64,000 bases of DNA. It comes from the human T2T-CHM13v2.0 reference genome, Homo sapiens. The notes under the pieces were generated by a model that saw only the letters and a list, made by a program, of their open reading frames with translations, did not search any database and was not told the origin of the DNA. Both the position numbers and the translations under genes were made by a program. This document shows, one piece after another, positions 26,640 through 40,030 of the stretch. The first letter of the stretch is position 1. Every line of letters begins with the position of its first letter. The stretch lies in assembly GCF_009914755.1 (NCBI RefSeq), contig NC_060927.1. One strand, given 5' to 3'.

Positions 26640-27110
26640 TTCCTTTTGTAAATGAATACTGAGGGCCTGTTCTGTGTCAGGCACTGTTCCAGGTGCTTAA
26701 GATATGTCAGTGAAGAAAATCAAAGATTGGTACTCTTATGGGGCTTACATTTTTGCAAGCAGACAGACAATAAGTAAGTCCATTTTGTATGCAGTATATT
26801 GGAATGTTGAGGGCCGTGGAAAAGTCAAAAAGCAGAGCAGGGCAAGGGGGATCGTGAGTACAGGGGAAGGCGGCAGGTTGCCTTTTGGGGGATGGTGAGT
26901 GCAGAGGACAGAGGCATATTGCTTTTTGCGGGGATTGTGAGTGCGGGGGACGGCGGCAGGTTGCCTTTTGGGGGATCGTGAGTGCAGGGGATGGCGGCAG
27001 GTTGCCTTTTGGGGGATCGTGAGTGCAGGGAATGGTGGCAGCTTGCTTTTTTGGGGATCGTGAGTGCAGGAGACAGCAGCAGGTTGCTTTTTTTAGTCGG
27101 GGTGAGCCTG
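26640..27110 (-). mobile_element. L2 3' fragment hosting the 41-bp minisatellite
   Basis: ATACTGAGGGCCTGTTCTGTGTCAGGCACTGTTCCAGGTGCT...GGGGCTTACATT...AGACAGACAATAAGTAA. Confidence 0.65.
26846..27094 (+). repeat. Minisatellite, 6 copies of a 41-42-bp unit
   Basis: Unit ~GGGGGATCGTGAGTGCAGGGGATGGCGGCAGGTTGCCTTTT starting at 26846, 26887, 26928, 26970, 27011 and ~27052. Confidence 0.95.
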
Positions 27111-27136
27111 GTTTGTGTTTCAAATGCATGGTCATG

Positions 27137-28115
<979 letters not shown>

Positions 28116-28506
28116 TAATTCCAGCTGACATTTCTTGAACCCCCTGCCAGGTGCCATGGACCACACTTGGTGCTTTTCAGGCGCATCATCTCATTCACTC
28201 TTCACTGCCCAGTTTCTGATTTATCCAGGAAGTACCAATGTAAGCTGTGATTCACTGTCTTGCAGGAGAACCCAGAAACCCAGGGTGCAGAGGGGCAGGG
28301 AGTGGGGAGCGGCAGTGCAGTGGGGGAGGCGGATTTAGATTTAACACCAGAGCAGCAGCTGGTGCCTCGTCCATTTTAGGACAACTCATTCTTGTGATTA
28401 GCTGGAGGTTCACTCTTCTTCAGAAGCCAGAATGTAAACGGCTCTTCCCTGTGCCGTCCCCCAGAGGTAGCAATCAACTGAGAGGTACAGAGCCACCTTC
28501 CATTCA

Positions 28507-29059
<553 letters not shown>

Positions 29060-30996
29060 TCAAAAGGCTTCAGAGAGATTCTCTAAGCCTGTTTGCCAGA
29101 TTTCTTAAGCAAGCAGGTGCCCAGGCAAGCTTGATCCTGAGATGAACCCAAGGCACACGAGCTACCCTGAAACACTGCTGCATTTCAAAAAGAAAAAAGA
29201 AACCCAGGACCTTTTCCCCCTTTCATCTTTCCAAACAAGCAACCTAAAATATTTAACTGGGCCCATTGCATCATTCATGAATCTGACAGTACTCGTTCTC
29301 ACAATCCTATGTGCACGCAACTGCAAGTCCAGGGCCCTAATGTTTACCTTTTCCAGATAATAGGTGAGGTTGTCCAAGCTGGCCTCCCTCTCTGCTGAGT
29401 GCACTCCAGCAGCTTCCCGATGTTGGCCTTTAGAACAGCCTGAATTTCAGTTAAAAAATAAGCTTCCCCTGTCACACGATGCCTTCTTGAATCTGATAGC
29501 TTAAGTGCAGTAAAATCTGATAAATGTAGCTTTTCTGTGCCCGTTTCAGGCCACATTTAGAAGGCAACATCAACAGGATTTTCCTTTTCCTAGACACAGC
29601 TCAACTCCATAAAGGACTTCTGTTTTGTAATCTGTTTTCGAGATCTGATGCGTGTGTTTCTAACACCCCGTCACGTGAGGAGGTCTGACGTAGTCACCCA
29701 ACATGACTTTGAGAAAATATACTGTAAAGATGTGTGTGGGATGGTACAGCCAGCTCACTGAAGCAAAATATCCTTTGTCGGAAAACTTTCCGCAGGGAAT
29801 AACAGACCTGCGCAGTAGATTTCACTTTGATATGGCCCCTGTGCTGGCCCAGTATGGACTGCAGGTTTGACTTTTGCAGGATTCCAGGTCAGTATCCTAA
29901 TACAGTGCGTTCTTTTTTTAGTTAGGTTTTATTTCTACGTTTCTTTTTATAGAAGACAACTTGCCATAGATGGAGGAGAAAGTTGCTCTGTCGATTCTGT
30001 TGTTATTATGTACGTTAGGAGCTGCGTGGCCAAGGGCTGGCAAGAGGGCTCTTGGCCTTTTCCTCTGATTAGAAGATTAAAAAAAATGGGGTTCAGTCTG
30101 GCCCTGGAGAGTGGCTTTGAATAAGTGACTTGTAGTTCTCACTAAGAATGTGGACTGAAAAGGTTTACTTAACTCTCCTCTCTGTAATGTCTTAGAGCTT
30201 TACTAATAAAAATATACCAGATTTTACTAACAAGCCCTATAAAGATCTGCATAATAGGTGCATTAGTTAACAATTTAAAGAGATTTTTCAAGATTCGTTT
30301 TGCATTGTAAGAATTAGAGTTTATATGGAAACTATCATTTTAAGTTTTCTTCTGTGCATTTCAGTAAGATCGCCTTAACTAATTGAAGGGAGAGAAGATT
30401 TAATTAAGCTGGAAATACTGGGAAGTAGTTAAAGTCAGATTATTGCCAAGAATTGTTTCCCTTATTTTCAAATTCATTCCCAGAATGAGTGAACCAATAC
30501 TTAAAAGCAATATCCAGGATAGATTACTGTGATCAAGCTAACCTTTGAGACTTGGAAGGCAAGGATGCAAGCAATGATAGATTGATTGTATAAACAAATT
30601 GTAGGTAGCAACCTCAAAGAACAATTTTCACCTGTGTATAGTGTGGACCGGACTGTTGGTCCGCCTGGTTTTTCAGCCATGTTCAAACTCAAGAAATAGT
30701 CATTGCCTCAAACTTGGAAAATTAAGGACAGGTATGGAGAGTATGCATATCTGCATGACTGTGGGTGTGTCTATGTTTCTGTATTCCTTGGCCTCCATCT
30801 GTCTCCTGAGGATTTCTGCTTTGTGTTTCATCACATTTTTATTCACTGTCTCTTTAGTCCTTTTAGGCTTATATATATTTATTTTATTGAGTAAAATAAT
30901 TTTTAAATAATTTCTTAGAAAAATTATTTAATTAAGATTTTTAATTAAAATTGTTTTGACTTTTGTTTTGTTTTTTTTTGTTTTTTTTGGTTAGCA

Positions 30997-31545
30997 CAGC
31001 AGTTCTCAAACTTTTTGGTCCCTAGACTCCCTTACACTCTTACAGTCATTGGGTATGCAAAGAGCTTTTGTTTATCTGAGTTCTTTCTGTCAATATTTAC
31101 CATATTCAACATTTTAAATGAGAATGTAAAGAACTATTAGATTGATGCAAAAGTAATTGCAGTTTTTGCCACTACTTTTAATTGCACCTACCTAATATTT
31201 ATTAACTGATGGAAAATGACTGTGATAAATCCAACTGAATAATAAAATAACATTTTATTAAAAGTAACTATTTTTTAAAACAAAAAAATAATGAGAGGAC
31301 TAGTACTGTTTTACATGTTTGCAAATATTTTAAAGTCTGGCTTGATAGAAAGACAGCTAGATTTTCATCTCTGCTCCTGCCTTCAGCCGTGGTATGCTGT
31401 TTTAGTTGAAGTATATAAAGCAAATCCAGCTTCTCACAAATAGGTAGTTGGAAAGGGAAGGAATTTTTTAATAGCCTTTTCAGCTAATTATGGATATTCT
31501 TTGATACTATACCAAAACTTGACAAGTGATAATCTCCTAAAAGTG
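30997..31545. mobile_element. Charlie1-family hAT transposon end
   Basis: CAGCAGTTCTCAAACTTTTTGGTC...CCCTTACACTCTTA...AAAGAGCTTTTGTTTAT and downstream AGTCTGGCTTGATAGAAAGACAGCTAGATT. Confidence 0.75.
31137..31195. mobile_element. MADE1 (Hsmar1 MITE), internally deleted, TA TSDs
   Basis: TTAGATTGATGCAAAAGTAATTGCAGTTTTTGCCA...TTGCACCTACCTAA, flanked by TA at 31135-31136 and 31196-31197. Confidence 0.85.
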
Positions 31546-32494
31546 TGTTTTTATTAGTAAATCTTTAAGAGATTGCAGAGAGAACTGTGAAGCAATCCTA
31601 CATTCTTAGAACTCGAAGGCACTTTCTCAAGGCCGCTCTCTAGGGCCAGTTCCCCTCTGCTCACTCTCAACATCACCAACAACGGATTGTCATGCCTACA
31701 GGTGCAGGGAGTACAAAGATGAATCAGATTGTCCCTGTACTCAAGGAGCTCATAGGGAAGATATAAATGTGAACAAATGCATGATACCGTACATTGTAAT
31801 GATGGGAAACCAAAAACTAGAAATTCCAGAGGAACAAGGCTATGCAGATAAGACATCAACTGAGACAAGAACAAATGAGGATTGCCAGGTAGGGGAACTA
31901 GGGACTGGGAGAGAAGGATAATCTTAAGAGGAAAAACAGTTTCTCTCCTAAGGCTTTATTCAGGCAGAATGTAGAAGTCTTCCAAAGTTATAAGAAAAGG
32001 GACCTATGACGAGGGAGAGTGTGTGCTGTGTGTGCACTGGGGGGGCGGGGGGAGTATGGTTGTAGGGAGTGGGGAGGCTAGGATGGAGAAGGGGACTTCT
32101 GCTTTTTACCTTAATGCATATCTGTGCTGTTTCAGTCTTTGACCATGAGCATAGATTCATTTTCTTTTTCTAAACCTAGGAAATTCTAAAAAGCAAGTGA
32201 AGAAAGTTCATTTCAGTCATCAAAAGTATCTAAAGTGCCTCTATTTACATTATATGTATGTGTTTTTATTATATAAGGCTGAAGCATAGCAGGAGACAAA
32301 AACAGAAAATTCCAAATATGCTAATTTACTAGAATTTCCCAGTGGCATTTATATAAAGTCTAATTATAAAATATGTTTATCAGATATTTATATAATTCTT
32401 AAAAGTACTTTACATATTCGTACAATATACTTTATGTAAATAAACACAAATGTCCTTATAAGTATAATATATAATTTTATATTTAATTTATATA

Positions 32495-32812
32495 GGCTGG
32501 CTGTGGTGGCTCAGGCCTGTAATCCAAGCACTTTGGGAGGCCAAGGTGGGAGGGTCACTTGAGCCCAGGATTTGAGACCAGCCTGGGCAACATAGTGGGA
32601 CCCCGTCTCTAATAAAAAATTTAGAAATTATCCAAGGATGGTGGCACATGTCTGTTGTCCCAGCTACTGTTGAGGGATGGGGGAAAGCTGAGGTGGAAGG
32701 ATCACTCAAACCCAGGAGTTCAAGGCTGTGATGAGCCATGACAGCACCACTGCTGTCCGACAGCACTCCAGCCTGGGTGGCAGAGCAAGACCCTGTCTCA
32801 AAGAAGAAAAAA
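32495..32812 (+). mobile_element. AluJ with small insertions
   Basis: GGTCACTTGAGCCCAGG, GCAACATAGTGGGACCCC and GGAGTTCAAGGCTG. Confidence 0.9.
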
Positions 32813-33120
32813 GATAATAAAAGTAAAATAATTTATATAGAGATTTGTTTATATATAAAATGCTGGATGACCATTCATCCTGATTTTTTAAGGTATAATC
32901 CCAATGTATACCTATTTCCCTGGCATTAGTCTTACCTCCTTTCTCTCTCAAGTGTCCTGTTTTGGATGCTGAATTATATGTTCATCCTATTTCTACATCT
33001 GTGCATATAAAATGTATTTAAGTATAATATATGTCAGCATATTTATATATTCATGCTTGTATTTGCACATACATGTGGCTATATACACATGTGTAATATG
33101 CATTTTAAAAATATACTTTA

Positions 33121-33463
<343 letters not shown>

Positions 33464-34147
33464 TCAGGAAAATAATGACATTAAAGTCCGATGGCCAGTT
33501 ATCCAATTACAAATTACTTTATGTTTTTAAAAATATTGACTCATCTACAATTTCATATCTAGAATATTTTTGTTAGCTTTTTTATGCTTATCTATTCCAT
33601 CTCAGTGAATTTATTGCACAAAACTTGCTTTTTAGAAAATATTTTAGAAAGTTACATGTAAATTAAACCTCATCTTCTTTCTAACTTATATTTCTTTTTC
33701 TGAAATCTATTGGGGGCTTTCCATTGGCAGGAGCTCCTAAGACTTCTGTTTTAAGTTACTCTTTATGAAGAAATGTAGTGGAGGAGGTTGCTTTAAAGTA
33801 ACTTTAAAGTCAACGAATACTGTTTTTGGTGAAAATGACTGTCCCCCTCCCACATGAGCTCTTTTAAAGTCTAAATTTTCATCCTGGGGATATCCTTCAA
33901 GTAAGTATGTCTAAGATCTGTGGGTCCAATGTTATTTTACTTACTGTTCTTATCAGTTACACAAACTGAACCTGCCGAAGAGGCCAGGCAGGCCACATTA
34001 CTGAGAGAAGCTGCCTGGTGATAAATCCTTGGGCAGGCAGTGTGTGTGTGTTGGGGACACAGCCACTTGGCACCAGTCCTTTTTGCCAGGCAGGCTACAA
34101 CCCCAGTGTTGCCTGGTCTTCCTATTTTTCAAAAAAAGCTATATTGA

Positions 34148-34484
<337 letters not shown>

Positions 34485-35486
34485 TAAGATTTTCAAAAAC
34501 ATAGTTTTAAAAATCACATGGGTCAAACAAAACCTGTGGGGACCGGATTTGCTGCATGGCTTACAGTGGGCCTCCTTTGGTCTGCAGATTTAGAACTCAT
34601 TTCCTTGTTGCACTTTGGACCTGTGAAATAGCTTTTAGCCGTAGCACTTTCTGAGATCATCCAATGAGCTGGATAACTGTGCTCTAAAGACAGTTTTGAC
34701 GATACTTGGTGGTTTTGGGAGCGGGCACTGTTAAGATTGGAGAGGTGGATACTAGAGTCTTAACTTTAAATTGCTTCTCCAACAAGTTTCACTGCTTTTT
34801 TTCAAGTTCCATTCGCAGATTTGGACTCTTTGTTTTAAGCAGTTGCATTGACTCCTGGATTATAAACTTCTTGAGGGCATGAAACTCTGACTCTGTCTCT
34901 TTCTGCCTGAAGTTCCCTTTTCTCCTCTTGTCCATATCTGCAGCACTCAATTCCAGCAGCAGGATCCAGTACATACCACGTCCTTCTGCCTCCCTTACTC
35001 TCTGTTGAACTCCCATACCTTTTCCCTGCATGCCTGATCCTGGATGTTCCCTGGGTATCTTTGTTTTGCAGTGTTTCATGAGCACATCTTAGTTCCCCTG
35101 CCACCCTGCAAACCTTTGAGTGTAGAATTTTTGTTTCTCTTATGGCACTGAGTTTTAGTGTCAGCCCTTAGAACGGTTCTGGCTGGTTGATTAAAAACTA
35201 CCTGAAATAAGGTGCTCCTCTGGAACAAGGTGGGAAGGAGACTTTCCAATGTTTACTTTGTGTGCTTTTTCAATTTGATAATTATATGTATGTATTACTT
35301 ATTCACAAGAGAAATTAAGGTATAAAAATACATATGGATTCCAGGGTCTCACTCCAGCTGTTCTAAACCAGAATCTCTATAGGAGCAGGGGAGGTGGAAT
35401 CTGTAAAGCTGTACTATCTGAATACCTCCCAGGTGATTTTGATGCCTGACCAGGTTTAGGAACCAATGTCTCAAAGCACATAATAG

Positions 35487-35748
<262 letters not shown>

Positions 35749-35803
35749 TAGCTGATGCCTTCTGCCTAGCAATTGTTCAATAAATATTTGTTAAGAGAAT
35801 TAA

Positions 35804-36165
<362 letters not shown>

Positions 36166-38396
36166 CACCCCATCCCACTTTATTAGCTGGGAAGTGGAGT
36201 CATCTGTTCTTCCCCAGGCTCTCACTCTGTCTGGGGTGGATAGCTACTTTTTACCTGGACCACTGTGATGGCCTATTGGTCTCCTGCCTGCAGCCTGCCT
36301 CCCTCTGAGCCTTTCAGCATACTGCAGGCTGCGTGATTTTTTTTTAAAAAAGCTCAAATTTCATTATAACTCTCAATGGTTCCCTATTCCCTGCAATATA
36401 AAATTTAACTGTAGGGAGTCCTTTAGGGCCCTTTATGATCTGGTCTGACCCTTCTTTCCCAAGCTCTCTCATTCAACAGATACATGCTGAGGCCTGCCAT
36501 GTGCCTGGCCCCACATAGACGCTGTCGACTGGGCTGCACACACTACTCCTGCTACCACTCAGACTCCCTCATTAGCCCCTGAGAACAGTACCCACTTTGA
36601 TCATTTTTAATTTTTTTTTTTTTTTGCCTATAGTGTTCCTTCTGCTTACAGCATCCTTCCTATACCCCTGTTTTACTTATTTATGGAAGTAATCCAGGGC
36701 CTCTGTAAATAATTGTACTTACTCTTCTAACATTTTATACTTATCTCCAGTATATGGCCTGCCATCATGGATTCCAATGATTAGTTGACAGTTCTCTTTC
36801 TTCCCCTAGACTCTGGGCTCCTTGAGAGCAGAGACTTGCCTTCCTCCTGTTCATATCTCCAGTATAACTCTAGCACCCAAGTACTGTGTCTGACCATATT
36901 AACATATTTGCTGGATAAAGTTGTTAAAAGGTGTGTCAAGAAGGCAAATCAAGGTGCTACTTATTAACTATGATTTTTAAAGGCTTTCTGACACACAAAG
37001 GTAGATATCCCCTCTGAAAAATGTCATGCTTGGATTTTGCAAAGTTATGACAATATTTTAATGACATATATAATGATATTTATTGTATATGTTGTTCTGT
37101 TAAGTATGACTACAATATTATTCCATGTTAAGAGTTGGCCTTTTGCTAACCATCCTAGTTGAACAATCTGAGAGAAGAATCAGAACCCCACAGAAGTGGT
37201 TGGGGCTTTGTATATTATAAATCTGAGTCAGGACACCCTAGAGTGTTCATTAGCCTGATTTGAAATGCCGTATTCCGCAAATGGAAGCAGAGCCTAAAGG
37301 GAGGTTCAGGATGCTGTGAAGCAGAATGTTTTGGAAGAAGCAGTAGTTTTGAACTGGAAAGACAAAATAGATGATGTCAGCATAGACCTAAGCCACCTTT
37401 TTGAATCATATAGCATGTGTTTTGTCAGATCTGAAGCTATCTAGTCAGGCTGATAAAGAATTAAAATAACATGTGGGCTTCCAAGAAGCCAAACATGATA
37501 AAAATATATGAGTCAGGGGAGAAAGGAGATCCTACAGGGGCCCAGAGCCGAGAGACTTGAAAGAAGGCAAAAGAAACATCAGCAAAGTATGCTATTGATC
37601 TGTGACCCAGTGAAGGACAGACTCCTTCACTCCGGGGTCACCCTTTCTCCCTTCAGGGGCAAAGAGGAAGTCATAAGATTCCATTTCATTTCATTCTAGT
37701 TTTATTTGTAGAAATAATCCCCCATACTTCTAGAAAAGATTCATGGAAGATTACAGTTAAAGGCAGGGTAAACAAGAGCAGAAGAACTAATGTTAAATAA
37801 AGAAAATGAAACAATAGGCACACCAGAAACCCAGGCCAAGAATAGCTACAACAATTGATGATAAAAGTTAGTTCTGAGCTTCTTTGTCTTGAGAATTAAA
37901 ACAGAAACATGGTGAATATAGTGTTCTCATTATCTGAATTGAAGAATTTGTTAGTAGAAAGGTACTTTTTTCCTATGACTGGATACAATAAAAGAATTTA
38001 TCAAATGGATCCTTGTATAAAGGACACTAAATAACATAATAGTCACAGCTTATAATAGCAGCTTTACAAAAAGGTAGAGAGGTTCTTTGTGTGGCCATCT
38101 GGTCCATCCAACTAAATAAATGCCATGAGCTAAATGTTATACTTTACTGCTAGGAAAACATTGCCACTGAGAGTTAAAGAAGTATCATCAAACTGTAAGG
38201 CTTTCTGGAGACGTCTCTTAATACAGAATAGCACAGAGAGACTGGATGAATCTCTGGTTAGTATGTTCTGTAGACCAGAGGGTTTTTTTGTGTGTGTGTT
38301 TTGTTTGTTTGTTTTGCTTTACTTTTAACTGCATGTGGTGATCTATTACTGGGTAGTGAAATTAGTGAGTTGCTGTAAGCATTCTTTAAAAGAAAA

Positions 38397-38783
<387 letters not shown>

Positions 38784-39360
38784 TCACTATGTACTGTGTA
38801 TCTCTTACTGTGGGAAGTATGAAAGCTGCTACTTTTCACTGCCCCTCACTATAATATCAGTTAGTAAGCTTTAGCACACCAGACTCATGGAATAGGACTT
38901 ATATAGAGAATATAGAAAATACAGAGAAGAATGGAGATGGGATCCTCAGACCAGAACAAGAGCCACTGTGCCTTGAAGTTGTGCTAATTCAGGAATCTAT
39001 GACTAGATTCATTCTTGTCCGTTCTTGTCAAAGGACTTAGAAATGTCCTTTCCTGGTTTTACATTTTGTCTCCTTTTTAGTTGCCTTCAGTACCTGACAG
39101 TTCTTTTTGAAAACCCTAGTCTACTTTGTCTCTACTAAAGGGGAAACTAGAAAAGGAACCTGATGAGTCGCCATAGGGCCAATAGCGCAGAGAGGCGGGG
39201 GTGCCCCTGGTGGTCAGACTTGGTTACACACCCTGCAACTCTAGAGATTGACCCTTATGAGCCACAAATTAGGAAGGGCTCCTTCAGTTCTTGCTTCTTC
39301 TCTGAGTGGGCAATAGCTTTGCATATAGGTACCACTTAAGGAAAATTCATTTAAAAAAAT

Positions 39361-39582
<222 letters not shown>

Positions 39583-40003
39583 TCATGGTTGTGACTGGAT
39601 CATCAGATTTCTCTTTGAAAATAGGCAGGAAGCTTCTGGCAGGACCATGGCATTGCCCAGCTCTAGTAGTTCAAAGCAGCGGCCTTGAATGATGATGAGA
39701 CCCTTAACATTTCAGAAAAAAAAAAAAAAACCTCCTCCCCTCCCAAATTTGGACATGTATATATAGCTCCAACTTTGGAGAAAAGGGGAAGGAGTTCTGG
39801 GAGGATTTCCAATGATAACAACTATTAGCAATGGTATGAGAAACAGGCTGGGGCAAGAAAAAGATTTAGCTTCTAATGTTGACTCTTGAGTCTCGGGAGC
39901 ATCAACAGAATGAGATAAAAACCTGAAGTTTCATACAAAAGAACAGTTTTTCACAGAAGTGGAAAATAGTCTAGAGATAAAGAAGCCACCTGTGGAAGAT
40001 TAT

Positions 40004-40030
40004 CTGACCATTTCTCTCCTCTTGTTTCAG
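40004..40030 (+). other. ZBTB38: Branch point, polypyrimidine tract and 3' splice site of the coding exon
   Basis: CTGAC at 40004-40008, then TTTCTCTCCTCTTGTTTCAG|ATG. Confidence 0.9.

Noticed and set aside
26846-27094. CRISPR-like array or repeat protein (ORF 26707-27135)
   Set aside because: Units are contiguous tandem copies with no unique spacers, there are no cas genes, the DNA is primate, and the ORF merely translates the minisatellite.
39200-39215. CTCF-like CCACCAGGGGCAC on the minus strand
   Set aside because: One G short of the core, so the conserved GGC positions are out of register.
39959-40030. 24-aa N-terminal extension in the 1219-aa ORF call
   Set aside because: It starts at GTG and runs through the branch point and polypyrimidine tract; it is intronic, and the CDS starts at ATG 40031.
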